Of a DNA stretch of 64,000 nt, positions 17,349 to 27,476 are shown piece by piece; the first letter of the stretch is position 1; each line of letters starts with the position of its first letter. The stretch lies in contig JAFXJJ010000005.1 in NCBI GenBank assembly GCA_017532345.1, forward strand, positions 2,193 through 66,192. The letters are read 5' to 3'. The notes under the pieces were generated by a model, which was not told the origin of the DNA, did not search any database, and worked only from the letters and a program-made list of their open reading frames with translations. The stretch is from Erysipelotrichales bacterium (GTDB lineage Bacteria; Bacillota_I; Bacilli_A; Erysipelotrichales; Erysipelotrichaceae). The position numbers and the translations under genes are program-made.

Positions 17349-19814
17349 TTTATTCTTATATTCTCTTTGGATATTACTATCTAATGTTTGTGTAATTACT
17401 CTACTAGCACATAATCGTAAGTCATCCTTTGATATCTTACCTGTAAGTAATCCTACATACATGAATACTCTAAACATTCTTCCACCAGGCATAAGTAAAT
17501 CATTACCTGCTTTCATACATAATGATGTACTTGCTTGTGTTGGTGCAGTTGAGAACCAATCGGTCATCACTACTCCATCAAACTTCCATTCATTACGTAA
17601 GATTTTCGTACATAAATCATAGCTATTTGGTGCATATACATCATTAACTCTATTGTATGATGACATAACACTCTTACCTTTACCATCACTTATAACCATC
17701 TTAAATGCCTTAAGATAGATTTCACGCAATGCTCTCTCCCCAACTACACTAGATACTAGGTTACGATTATCCTCTTGGTTGTTGCAAGCGTAGTGCTTCA
17801 CAGTTACATAATAACCATCTTCTTGTTGAACACCTTTTGTTAAGGCACTCGCTAATGCTCCAGTCAGATATGGATCTTCAGAGAAATATTCAAAGTTTCT
17901 ACCACACAATGTGTTACGATGAATATTAATCGCTGGTGCTAACCAATATGTACATCCATATTCCTTCATCTCACTATAAATAGCTTTACCTACTTCATAT
18001 AGTAAATCACTATTCCAAGTTTGTGCTAATACAGTAGTTACTGGAAAAGCTGTAGTATACTGATATAAAATCTCCTTGTCAGTACTATCATCAACTAAGA
18101 ACTTACGAATAAACTTAGGTAACATATCATACATTGACATCGACATACCAATACCTTTTATCTTACCATTACTTGTGATTGTAGATTGTTGTTGAATTCT
18201 AAGTCCTGCTGGACCATCACATAGCGTCATATTCGCAAGTCCCTTATCCCAGAACTTTGAAGTTGTATTACCTACCGAACCAGGTAGTGTAAATGATGTC
18301 TTACCACCGAATTGTCCAATACCACATACAATATGAATCATATCAGTTAATGATAGCTTATCAAGCCATGCTCTGACATCTTCTCTTTCCGTAATAGCAG
18401 GCTTCTCATACGTATATGTAACTGTATTATAATCACTTAAATCAATCGCATATCGTACAGCACTAACATCTATTACTTCAATTCTTACTTCACCTACAAG
18501 CTCATCAAACTTCTCAGGTAATGCACATACACTAGTATGCTTAGAAATCACAACATCACTTGCTAATACACCTACACCAACTACACTAGTATTACGTGAT
18601 GAATTTCCAACACGCACTACATATTCACCTTTCTCTAAGATATAACTAGCTGTTTTTTCATCATAGCTAGCAACATCCTTAAAGTCAAAGCTAACATTAA
18701 TAACTTCACTTTCATTAGGCTTTAAACTACTAGTCTTCTTAAATCCTACTAATTCTTGGTATACCTTATGAAGCTTTCCACTAGGTGCACTTACATACAC
18801 TTCTACTACTTCCTTACCTTCATAAGTACCAGTATTAACTACTTCTACACCTATATTACACTTACTACCATTAATACTCATCGTAGTATTTCTTAATTCA
18901 AAGGTAGTATAGCTTAATCCATATCCAAATGGATATAATACTTCTTTATTAAAGCTATCATAATAACGATAACCTACATAAATACCTTCCTTATAATATT
19001 CACGCTTTAAATTACCATTTAAATAACTATATTCATTTCCATAAGGAATATCTTCATACTTCTTAACCCATGTATCTGTTAATTTTCCTGAAGGATTTAC
19101 TTTACCAGTTAATACATCAGCTAACGCATAACCACCTTGCATTCCTAATTGACAAATATACAAAATAGCACCAATCTTAGTATTATCCTTTAAAGGAGAT
19201 AAATCTAAATAAGCTCCTGAATTAATTACTAGAATGAAGTTCTTATAATGCTCACTACATATATTAATGGAAGCAATTTCTTCATCAGTTAATAAATAAT
19301 CACCTTGTTTTAAACGTCGATCATTACCTTCTCCTGCTTGTCTAGTAACTACATATACACACGTATCAGTATCACTATTAGTAAGATCTTCTTCACTTAC
19401 TACTCTACCACTAGTAGGGATATAATTCGCAAACATCATTGAGATAATGTAGCGAATATTGAATGTTAATAAGGATTTTGTACGCTTCTCATTAAATGCT
19501 CTTTCTCCTTCAAGATAGACCTTTTCATAGTCTTCAATCCACTTCTTAGTAGTAATCGTAAAGCCACGATTCTCTAGCCCTTCTAAGACATTGACACTAT
19601 GACGTTCATTAACTTCACCAGAGCCTGTACCACCCTTACTAGTACGAGTTGCTCCAGCACCATATAATGCTAACTTCTTCGTAGTAAGTGGTAATACTCC
19701 TTTATTTTCAAGTAAAACAATACCTTCTACAGCAGCATTATACGCTATCTCAGCATTCGCCTTTTCTCTTGTTGATTCTATATTTGAATAACTAGCTTTC
19801 GTTAAGATACTCAT
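17346..19814 (-). CDS. glycoside hydrolase family 3 beta-glucosidase with reversed (circularly permuted) domain order
   Basis: The N-terminal half carries GH3 C-domain and Fn3-like motifs (VLLENKGVLPL, EGNDRR, YPFGYGLSYTTF, VEVVNTGTYEGKEVVEVYVS). The C-terminal half carries GH3 catalytic N-domain motifs (DGPAGLR, KHYACNNQE, nucleophile GVVMTDW). Likely start is MSILTK at 19814 after AGGTGA. Confidence 0.9.
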   Translation of the reverse strand: MSILTKASYSNIESTREKANAEIAYNAAVEGIVLLENKGVLPLTTKKLALYGAGATRTSKGGTGSGEVNERHSVNVLEGLENRGFTITTKKWIEDYEKVYLEGERAFNEKRTKSLLTFNIRYIISMMFANYIPTSGRVVSEEDLTNSDTDTCVYVVTRQAGEGNDRRLKQGDYLLTDEEIASINICSEHYKNFILVINSGAYLDLSPLKDNTKIGAILYICQLGMQGGYALADVLTGKVNPSGKLTDTWVKKYEDIPYGNEYSYLNGNLKREYYKEGIYVGYRYYDSFNKEVLYPFGYGLSYTTFELRNTTMSINGSKCNIGVEVVNTGTYEGKEVVEVYVSAPSGKLHKVYQELVGFKKTSSLKPNESEVINVSFDFKDVASYDEKTASYILEKGEYVVRVGNSSRNTSVVGVGVLASDVVISKHTSVCALPEKFDELVGEVRIEVIDVSAVRYAIDLSDYNTVTYTYEKPAITEREDVRAWLDKLSLTDMIHIVCGIGQFGGKTSFTLPGSVGNTTSKFWDKGLANMTLCDGPAGLRIQQQSTITSNGKIKGIGMSMSMYDMLPKFIRKFLVDDSTDKEILYQYTTAFPVTTVLAQTWNSDLLYEVGKAIYSEMKEYGCTYWLAPAINIHRNTLCGRNFEYFSEDPYLTGALASALTKGVQQEDGYYVTVKHYACNNQEDNRNLVSSVVGERALREIYLKAFKMVISDGKGKSVMSSYNRVNDVYAPNSYDLCTKILRNEWKFDGVVMTDWFSTAPTQASTSLCMKAGNDLLMPGGRMFRVFMYVGLLTGKISKDDLRLCASRVITQTLDSNIQREYKNK

Positions 19815-19823
19815 AGTAATCAC

Positions 19824-21671
19824 CTATTTATTAACCCAAATTCTAGCTTCATAAGCTGATAATACATCACTATGATCAATTGATTCAGGATATACTAGCT
19901 TATAGTTTGTTGTATCGTATGCTTTCTTAGTTTCCTTCGTTAAGTTACAATCAACAATATATTCCTTACCGTTAAGTGTACGACTATATACAAAGCGTCC
20001 CTTCGTATCATTTAAAACCTTGAAATCACCATACACTAATGTCTTATCACTCTTACGTAAAGCAATTAGCTTACGATACATTTCAGTAATATTATAACGT
20101 ATAGGTTGACGCATTTCTTCTCTAAAATCACTAGGATACGTATTCCATGGTAATAAGATACGTGTATGCTCTCTAGTACCTGCTAGAATTGTCTTTAAAA
20201 TTTCTTCTTCACTAATACCCTTAGCACGTAGTTCAGCTACATAACCCTTAGCCTCTACATCTGTTACTTCATCTACTGATTTAAATGGATAATTAACTAA
20301 GCCCATTTCATCACCTTGGAAAATAAATGGTGTACCCTTTAATGTCAACTGCATAATAGCTAATAGCTTTTCAATTGCTTCTGTATACTTAGGATCCATA
20401 CTAATCTTACTAACCATTCTTGGATTATCATGGTTATTATAGAATAATGACATCCAACAATTATTACCATAATGAAGCATCCAATCTGTAATATACTTCT
20501 TATAATAATCTAAATCATATTCATAATCATCCCATCTTACATGACCTGGTGTTTCTAATTGGTCAAATGAGAATACCATATCTAATTCTTGTCGTTCTTC
20601 ACCAGTAATTAGCTTTGCCATTTCCATCCCAATACCTGGTGTTTCACCAACGGAGAAGGCCTTGTGAGGTGCAAAGGCTTTTTCATGTACTTCATGTAAG
20701 TATTTATGAAGATTAGGTCCATAGTAGTAGTGTTCAATACCTGGATATCCCATCATACTACCAATTGTTTCATCACCCATTGGTAAGCCTTCTTCCTTAG
20801 ATATATAGTTGATAACGTCCATTCTAAAGCCATCAACACCCTTATCTAACCACCAATTCACCATCTTAATTACTTCTTCTCGAACTTCAGGATTATCCCA
20901 ATTTAAATCCATTTGTTTCTTAGAGAATAAATGTAATGCCCATTCATCATTTTGTTCATAGTAATTCCATGCAGGTCCAGAGAAGAATGATGTCCAGTTA
21001 TTTGGTACAGTATGAGTACCATCATCCTTTCTAAACATATAATAATCATGATATTTACTAGTAGGATCTTCTAATGCTTTCTTAAACCATTCATGTTCAT
21101 CTGATGTATGATTAACTACTAGATCCATAATTAAACGCATACCTCGAGCATGAATTCCTGCTAGTAATTCATCGAAGTCTTCCATTGTCCCAAATTCAGT
21201 CATTATCTTATGATAATCACGAATATCATAACCATTATCATCATTAGGTGAATCATAGATTGGTGATAACCAAAGACATGTGATACCTAGATCCTTTAAG
21301 TAATCTAACTTCTCAATAATACCACGTAAATCACCAATACCATCACCATTAGTATCACAGAAGCTACGTGGATAGATTTGGTAGAACACCGCTTCCTTCC
21401 ACCAAGTTTCAGTAATTTCACCCTTACCATCAGCTGGTACATCCTTCTCACTATTAATTAGGTGTAGTAATGTATCAAAGAAACCACTACCTAGTTTAGA
21501 CTTTGTTAGGTTAGCTAAAGTACGTAGCTTTAAATTACCTACTACAGGATTCGTGATAGCGAAATCAGAAATACCTAGTTGTAGTAATACTTTCCCAATT
21601 GTATCATGACCTATTGGTGTACGATATAAATCTTTAATCTTACTATCTAACGTTACTTTGTTTTCTTTCAT
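19824..21671 (-). CDS. GH13 alpha-glucosidase / oligo-1,6-glucosidase-like with ~88-aa N-terminal extension
   Basis: WWKEAVFYQIYPRSF, DLVVNHTSDEH, GFRMDVINYI and FYNNHDNPR are GH13 conserved regions. The canonical WWKEAV start motif only appears at about residue 90. Confidence 0.9.
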   Translation of the reverse strand: MKENKVTLDSKIKDLYRTPIGHDTIGKVLLQLGISDFAITNPVVGNLKLRTLANLTKSKLGSGFFDTLLHLINSEKDVPADGKGEITETWWKEAVFYQIYPRSFCDTNGDGIGDLRGIIEKLDYLKDLGITCLWLSPIYDSPNDDNGYDIRDYHKIMTEFGTMEDFDELLAGIHARGMRLIMDLVVNHTSDEHEWFKKALEDPTSKYHDYYMFRKDDGTHTVPNNWTSFFSGPAWNYYEQNDEWALHLFSKKQMDLNWDNPEVREEVIKMVNWWLDKGVDGFRMDVINYISKEEGLPMGDETIGSMMGYPGIEHYYYGPNLHKYLHEVHEKAFAPHKAFSVGETPGIGMEMAKLITGEERQELDMVFSFDQLETPGHVRWDDYEYDLDYYKKYITDWMLHYGNNCWMSLFYNNHDNPRMVSKISMDPKYTEAIEKLLAIMQLTLKGTPFIFQGDEMGLVNYPFKSVDEVTDVEAKGYVAELRAKGISEEEILKTILAGTREHTRILLPWNTYPSDFREEMRQPIRYNITEMYRKLIALRKSDKTLVYGDFKVLNDTKGRFVYSRTLNGKEYIVDCNLTKETKKAYDTTNYKLVYPESIDHSDVLSAYEARIWVNK

Positions 21672-23010
21672 TTAATTCACCTACAATCTGTGCATATTTT
21701 TCTTCATCTAAAATATATTTAGATTTATAAATTAAGAAGCTTACAACAATACAAATTAATGGTAATACCATCATCGCAATCTTTAAAATTAATAAACCTT
21801 CACTAGTCATATCGGCTGCTGTTTCAGCTACCTTCATACCTGATAAGATAACTGTAGCACCAGTGATACCACTAGCAACCGCACCACCCATTTTGTTGAT
21901 GAATGGTTGTAGTGATAATGTTACACTATCATTACGTTTACCACTCTTCCATTCGCCATATTCTACTGAGTCAGTTAAGAACATCAGCATCATTACTTGA
22001 ATGAAGGCTTGACCAACAAATAATAAGATACCAGCAATACCAATAAACAACATTGTATTTGTAGGTGCAAAGAAGAAAATCACATAACCAGCAAAGACTA
22101 ATAATGTTGCGAATGTGAATAAATCCTTACGCTTATATTTCTTACCTAATTTAGGGAAGATTGATAAGGCTGTGATTTGCGATACTCCTAGAATCACTGC
22201 AAAGATTGTATACATTCCTTCATCACCATATACATATTTAAAGTAATATAAACCAAAGCTAGTAGTTGTACAGTATCCAATCATAAATAAAGCCATTGAT
22301 ACAGCTGCTACTAATAATTGATCATTACCAAAGATAACCTTTAATAATTCCCCTAATGATGTATGATCATTTTCATTAGATAATTCACGATTTTCATGCA
22401 CACCAATTAATGTGATGCTTTGGAATGCCAACATAATCACAACAATAATAACAGATAACGCAAACCATCCCTTTTGTAAGCTACCAAGCATACCGCCTAA
22501 TGCTTCTGTTACTGGAATAATTAATGCTACTACCATAAACATCCCAACACTTGCGCAAATACGAGCTACTGAACCAATTTCTTCACGTTCCTTTTGATCT
22601 TGCGAAAGTGCAGGAAGTAATGACCAATATGAAATATCATTCATTGTGAAACAAATACCCCATGCAAGATAAATAACTGCAAATGATGCAACATAGCCCC
22701 TACCAGTTAATCCAAAGTCTGTGAATAGTAATATTGTCAGAATACTAGCAAGCACTGCACCAATTAAAATCCAAGGTTTAAACTTACCATATTTACTTTT
22801 TGTATTATCTACAATAACTCCCATAATAGGGTCATTACATGCATCAAATACTCTAGCAACTAACATAATCCCAGTAATCCACCATAATGCTGTAGTATCA
22901 ACATTAATGACATCAGTTAAGTAAAACATTAGATAGGAAGCTACCATTGAATAAAGCATATCTCTACCAACAGTACCTAGTCCAAAAGTATACTTATTAT
23001 TGTTTTTTAT
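21643..23010 (-). CDS. GPH-family (MelB-like) glycoside-pentoside-hexuronide:cation symporter
   Basis: Track ORF 21643..22959 starts at MLYSMV, in the middle of the conserved N-terminal motif. The same frame is open upstream: (I)(I)KNNNKYTFGLGTVGRD-MLYSMVASYLMFYLTDV. That stretch has no ATG/GTG/TTG. ATA codons at 23010 and 23013 follow GGAGG at 23022-23018. Confidence 0.85.
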   Translation of the reverse strand: MKNNNKYTFGLGTVGRDMLYSMVASYLMFYLTDVINVDTTALWWITGIMLVARVFDACNDPIMGVIVDNTKSKYGKFKPWILIGAVLASILTILLFTDFGLTGRGYVASFAVIYLAWGICFTMNDISYWSLLPALSQDQKEREEIGSVARICASVGMFMVVALIIPVTEALGGMLGSLQKGWFALSVIIVVIMLAFQSITLIGVHENRELSNENDHTSLGELLKVIFGNDQLLVAAVSMALFMIGYCTTTSFGLYYFKYVYGDEGMYTIFAVILGVSQITALSIFPKLGKKYKRKDLFTFATLLVFAGYVIFFFAPTNTMLFIGIAGILLFVGQAFIQVMMLMFLTDSVEYGEWKSGKRNDSVTLSLQPFINKMGGAVASGITGATVILSGMKVAETAADMTSEGLLILKIAMMVLPLICIVVSFLIYKSKYILDEEKYAQIVGELNERKQSNVR

Positions 23011-23261
23011 TATTTTTCCTCCATTAAATCATTATTCAATTTATTATACCATGATTTACGTATTAGTAAAACGATTAATAGAGCATTATATCAATATTAT
23101 TATAATATATATAATCTTTGATATAATTATTGGCATATTAATTGTAATTGTATTAATTCTATTGTATTATTTACCTAGATAGTTATTTATTTCACTAAAG
23201 ATTTACCAAAATTTCATAATAGTTTAGTAAGTCTTTTTTCTTTAATTGAGGAGGATAATAT

Positions 23262-24953
23262 ATGAAGAAAAAATTATCAAAGAATGCGAAAGCCCGAAAT
23301 TTAGCGATTTTCACTATTTGTATGTCTATTTTGTCATCTCTTACTATTTATGGTATGACATTAGCAAATAAATATTTACAAAATCATTTAAAGAATCAAC
23401 GTGATTTAATTGTTTATGCAGATCAATTTGGTGATGCTTCTGCATACTTGACAGATGAGGTACGTTCATATGCTGTGACTGGTGATAAGCAATATTACGA
23501 TAATTATTGGAATGAAGTAAATGTTGCGAAGAATCGCGATAATACCGTTGCAGCCATGAAAGAAATTGGTTTAGAGCCAAATGAATTAGAAATGATTGAT
23601 ACTATTTTCAAATTATCTAATAACTTAGTACCATTAGAAGAAGAAGCTATGCGTTTAGCTGAAATGGGTGACCATGAAAGTGCTTATGGGATTCTATATG
23701 GTGATGAGTACTGTACAGGACTAGCTGAGATTCAACAAATCATTGAGGAGTTCGATGAAGCTGTGGTATACCGTACAGATAAACGTATTGGTGAATTAGA
23801 AGGTTATATAGTAATGTTTAAAGTTGTTGTATATACTGCAGGCTTCTTAGTTCTATTGATGATTTGTACGATGGCATTATTTAGTACTCGTGAATTAATT
23901 AAACCAATTGTCAAGGTTCGCGATCAAATGTTACATTTATCCGAAGGTAATTTAAATGTAGAACTTGATATGGATGTGGATACAACTGAAATTGGTACTA
24001 CAGTTAAAGCAATCAAAGAATTACAAGATTTCCAAAGTGCTATTATTGAAGATATCGATTACTTATTAGGCGAAATGGCTAATGGTAATTTCCGTTTAAC
24101 AACTAGATGTGAAGAAAAGTATGTTGGTGATTATCGAAACATTTTATTATCAGTACGTCAAATCAATCGTCGCTTAAGTTCTACATTATCAGAGATTAAA
24201 CAAGCATCACATCAAGTTGATGATGGTGCAAATCAAGTAGCTAATGCTTCTCAAAGCTTGGCACAAGGTGCAACTGAACAAGCAGCAAGTGTTGAGGAAT
24301 TAAGTGCAACAGTTAATGATATTTACGAACAAGTACGTATGAATACTGAAAATTCAAGAGTAGCAGCAGAAAAGGTAAATGAAGCTGGTAATGAAATTGA
24401 ATCAAGTAATACACAAATGAATGAATTAATGAGAGCAATGGAAGATATTACTAATAAGTCTAATGAAATCAGTAAGATTGTTAAGACAATTGATGATATC
24501 GCCTTCCAAACAAACATCCTAGCATTAAACGCAGCTGTAGAAGCAGCAAGAGCTGGAGCGGCAGGTAAGGGCTTCGCAGTTGTAGCTGATGAAGTACGTA
24601 ACTTAGCTAGTAAGTCGGCAGAAGCAGCTAAGAATACAACAGCGCTTATCGAACAAACTACTGAGGCTATCGCTAATGGTAGTCAAATCGCTAGTAAGAC
24701 AGCTACAGCTCTTCAAGGTGTAGTAACAACAACAGAAGAAGCAGTAGAGTTAGTTAACCAAATTTCAGAAGCTAGTGAAGCACAATCAAGTGCTATTTCA
24801 CAAGTAACAATGGGAATCGAACAAATTTCTGCAGTAGTACAAACTAATAGTGCTACAAGTGAAGAAAGTGCTGCGGCTAGTGAACAGTTAAGTGGACAAG
24901 CTAATGCTTTAGAAACATTAATTAATCAATTTACATTAAGAGATGATAATTAA
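23262..24953 (+). CDS. methyl-accepting chemotaxis protein (N-terminal sensor, HAMP, MA domain)
   Basis: 563 aa. [37 protein letters not shown] is the MCP signalling hairpin. Two TM segments flank a periplasmic-type sensor. GAGGAGG RBS. Confidence 0.9.
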   Translation: MKKKLSKNAKARNLAIFTICMSILSSLTIYGMTLANKYLQNHLKNQRDLIVYADQFGDASAYLTDEVRSYAVTGDKQYYDNYWNEVNVAKNRDNTVAAMKEIGLEPNELEMIDTIFKLSNNLVPLEEEAMRLAEMGDHESAYGILYGDEYCTGLAEIQQIIEEFDEAVVYRTDKRIGELEGYIVMFKVVVYTAGFLVLLMICTMALFSTRELIKPIVKVRDQMLHLSEGNLNVELDMDVDTTEIGTTVKAIKELQDFQSAIIEDIDYLLGEMANGNFRLTTRCEEKYVGDYRNILLSVRQINRRLSSTLSEIKQASHQVDDGANQVANASQSLAQGATEQAASVEELSATVNDIYEQVRMNTENSRVAAEKVNEAGNEIESSNTQMNELMRAMEDITNKSNEISKIVKTIDDIAFQTNILALNAAVEAARAGAAGKGFAVVADEVRNLASKSAEAAKNTTALIEQTTEAIANGSQIASKTATALQGVVTTTEEAVELVNQISEASEAQSSAISQVTMGIEQISAVVQTNSATSEESAAASEQLSGQANALETLINQFTLRDDN

Positions 24954-24956
24954 TCT

Positions 24957-24998
24957 AAAAAGACCAAGTTGATATACCTTCAACTTGGTTTTCTTTTC
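24957..24998 (+). terminator. intrinsic terminator after MCP gene
   Basis: ACCAAGTTGA-tatacc-TCAACTTGGT followed by TTTCTTTTC. Confidence 0.75.
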
Positions 24999-25147
24999 TT
25001 CAAAATCATCTAATAACCACCATTATAAATATCATATTTTTTAAAACAACATGACATTTATAAATTCAACATTAATTACTATTTATTAGAAATGATATTA
25101 AATAGCCTGTATTTATGCATATTTTCTGCACCTACAGGCTTTCTTCA

Positions 25148-25402
25148 TTATTCATTTGTAGTACTGATTATAGTTGCCGTACATCCAGCATCTTCAATTG
25201 TATAGATTAATAGTGATTGGTAATTACTATTTAGCTTAGAATCGATTATCTCAAATTCATATTTCGGATTTTCACTTAATACATCATATAATGCATCTAA
25301 GTTACAACCATAATATGATGGGAACTCACATTCTTCTTTAAGCCATAAATGAAATGATTTCATATCTTCGAATAAATCTAAATTAATACTAATCTTCTTC
25401 AT
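25148..25402 (-). CDS. barstar-family ribonuclease inhibitor
   Basis: MKKISINLDLFEDMKSFHLWLKEECEFPSYYGCNLDALYDVLS aligns with barstar (..LPEYYGENLDALWDCLT..). The start at 25402 overlaps the end of the RNase gene. Confidence 0.85.
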   Translation of the reverse strand: MKKISINLDLFEDMKSFHLWLKEECEFPSYYGCNLDALYDVLSENPKYEFEIIDSKLNSNYQSLLIYTIEDAGCTATIISTTNE

Positions 25403-25835
25403 ATATAATCTCCTCAAAGCTCTCATAATGATCTTCTGTGTAATATATTAATCCATCATTAGAATATACAATACGCTTCGCATTACGATATCCACCTTCA
25501 TAGTCAATATCACATTCATAATATTGTCTACCTTTTTCTTTAGGTAATAAGCCCTCACGATTACCAAACTTATCACCACCAATTGACATTCCTTCAGCAA
25601 CTTCCCAAAGATTTCCTTTTTCACTATCCCATCCTAATTCTCTAGCTTCTTGCTTCGTAATATAGTTATCTGGTAATTCACCATATGTATAAATATATAA
25701 TGATACTTCTTCTTTACTGCTATACCAACCATCTTCACTAATACCACTCTCTACTGTAGGTGTACTAGGTTTACTACATCCTATAATTAGTAATATTAGT
25801 GATATTGGAAGTAAAAACTTTAGTAGTTTCTTCAT
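25389..25835 (-). CDS. barnase-family secreted ribonuclease, lipoprotein signal
   Basis: LPDNYITKQEARELGWDSEKGNLWEVAEGMSIGGDKFGNREGLLPKEKGRQYYECDIDYEGGYRNAKRIVYSNDGLIYYTEDHYESF closely parallels B. amyloliquefaciens barnase. The N-terminus MKKLLKFLLPISLILLIIGCS has a lipobox. Confidence 0.9.
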   Translation of the reverse strand: MKKLLKFLLPISLILLIIGCSKPSTPTVESGISEDGWYSSKEEVSLYIYTYGELPDNYITKQEARELGWDSEKGNLWEVAEGMSIGGDKFGNREGLLPKEKGRQYYECDIDYEGGYRNAKRIVYSNDGLIYYTEDHYESFEEIIYEED

Positions 25836-26027
25836 ATTACTCACCAACCTTTATATACGTATTGTAACATATAAAAATAATAAAACCTATGCTTATCAAT
25901 GATTGTATGTGATTATAATTACTTTCTTCATTAATTAATTATTATAAAATTACTAAATATTTACTTTTTGTATTCTTTATACTGTTAATTTATGGTAGAA
26001 TTTTCTTATGTGTTAGGGGTGTTTTAT

Positions 26028-27440
26028 ATGTCTTTAAGTGAATTTGTGAAATATTTAAAAGATATTGCATGGGGACCATATATGCTTACTTTATTAGTAT
26101 GTACAGGTGTATTCTTAAGCTATCGCGTTGGTTTTATTCAGCTTACTAAGTTTAGATACATAATGAAAAATACTATAGGTAAGATATTTGAGAAAAAGCA
26201 AGCTGATGAAGGTGAAATATCACCATTCCAAGCTATGACAACAGCCTTAGCTGCTACGGTAGGCACTGGTAACATTGCTGGTGTTACAGGTGCGATTGCA
26301 ATTGGTGGACCAGGTGCGGTATTCTGGATGTGGTTATCAGCCTTCTTTGGAATGGTTACGAAATACACAGAAGTTGTATTAGCTGTTAAGTATCGTGAAA
26401 AGAATGAGCAAGGTGAATGGGTTGGTGGCCCTATGTACTATATTAAGAATGGGTTAGGTCCTAAGTTCAAATGGTTAGCTTCCTTATTCTGTGTACTTGG
26501 TGCACTAGCAGCCTTTGGGATTGGAAATATGACCCAAATTAATACCATCGCCAGTTCAATGAATACTTTATTTAAGTCATTTGGCTTTACTTCTGGTACC
26601 TTTACAGTGCTAGGTGAAGTTATTCCATTCACTAGTTTAATAATTGGTGTAATCGCTGCTTTATTAGTTGCATTAGTATTATTTGGTGGTATTAAACGTA
26701 TTGGTAGTGTTACAGAAATGTTAGTACCATTCATGGCATTATTATATGTAGTTACTGCTATCATACTTATTATCTTTAATATCCATTTAATTGATGATAT
26801 CTTCATTATGATTATCAAAGGTGCATTTAATGCTGATGCTGCTTTAGGTGGAATATTTGGTATCACAATCATGAAAACTATTCGTAATGGTATTGGACGT
26901 GGGGTATTCTCTAACGAAGCGGGTTTAGGATCGGCCCCTATGGCCCATGCTTCTACATCAGAAACAAATCCTATTAAACAAGGATTCTATGGTGTATTTG
27001 AAGTATTTATGGATACTATTGTAGTTTGTTCGATGACATCATTTGTATTGTTATGTGGCTATCTAAATGGAGTCACAATCACATGGGGTCAAAGTGCTGG
27101 TGCTGAATTAATTTCATTAAGTATGGGTACTGTTTATGGTAATCAAATAGGTTCATTAATTATAGCTATTTGTATTAGTCTATTTGCATTATCCACTTTA
27201 CTAAGCTGGTCCTTATATGGTACTAGATGTTGTGAATTCTTATTTGGTACTCGTTTCAACGTTATTTACCAAGTAATCTTTATTATCTTTATTGTGGTTG
27301 GGGCATGCGCTAAGCTAGATTTAGTATGGGATATTGCTGATACTTTAAATGGTTTCATGGCAATACCTAACTTAATCGCCTTACTAGGATTATCAAATAT
27401 TGTTGTGAACGCAACTAAAGAATATTTTAAGCATAACTAA
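26028..27440 (+). CDS. alanine/glycine:cation symporter (AGCS family)
   Basis: ATVGTGNIAGVTGAIAIGGPGAVFWMW signature in a multi-TM protein. Likely start is MSLSEF at 26028 after AGGGGTG. Confidence 0.85.
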   Translation: MSLSEFVKYLKDIAWGPYMLTLLVCTGVFLSYRVGFIQLTKFRYIMKNTIGKIFEKKQADEGEISPFQAMTTALAATVGTGNIAGVTGAIAIGGPGAVFWMWLSAFFGMVTKYTEVVLAVKYREKNEQGEWVGGPMYYIKNGLGPKFKWLASLFCVLGALAAFGIGNMTQINTIASSMNTLFKSFGFTSGTFTVLGEVIPFTSLIIGVIAALLVALVLFGGIKRIGSVTEMLVPFMALLYVVTAIILIIFNIHLIDDIFIMIIKGAFNADAALGGIFGITIMKTIRNGIGRGVFSNEAGLGSAPMAHASTSETNPIKQGFYGVFEVFMDTIVVCSMTSFVLLCGYLNGVTITWGQSAGAELISLSMGTVYGNQIGSLIIAICISLFALSTLLSWSLYGTRCCEFLFGTRFNVIYQVIFIIFIVVGACAKLDLVWDIADTLNGFMAIPNLIALLGLSNIVVNATKEYFKHN

Positions 27441-27476
27441 AAGGAGAAGTTCATTCATTGAACTTCCCCTTTTTTA
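27441..27476. terminator. bidirectional terminator between convergent AGCS and MATE genes
   Basis: GGAGAAGTTCA-ttca-TGAACTTCCCC followed by TTTTTT. Confidence 0.7.

Noticed and set aside
23000-23182. A 60-aa ORF (I/Y/L-rich) in the intergenic region between the GPH operon and the MCP gene, plus similar intergenic ORFs at 54264..54452 and 61762..62067.
   Set aside because: The translations are extremely low-complexity AT-rich sequence with no RBS. They sit in promoter or terminator regions: 54264..54452 spans two terminator hairpins, and 61762..62067 spans the guaA terminator.
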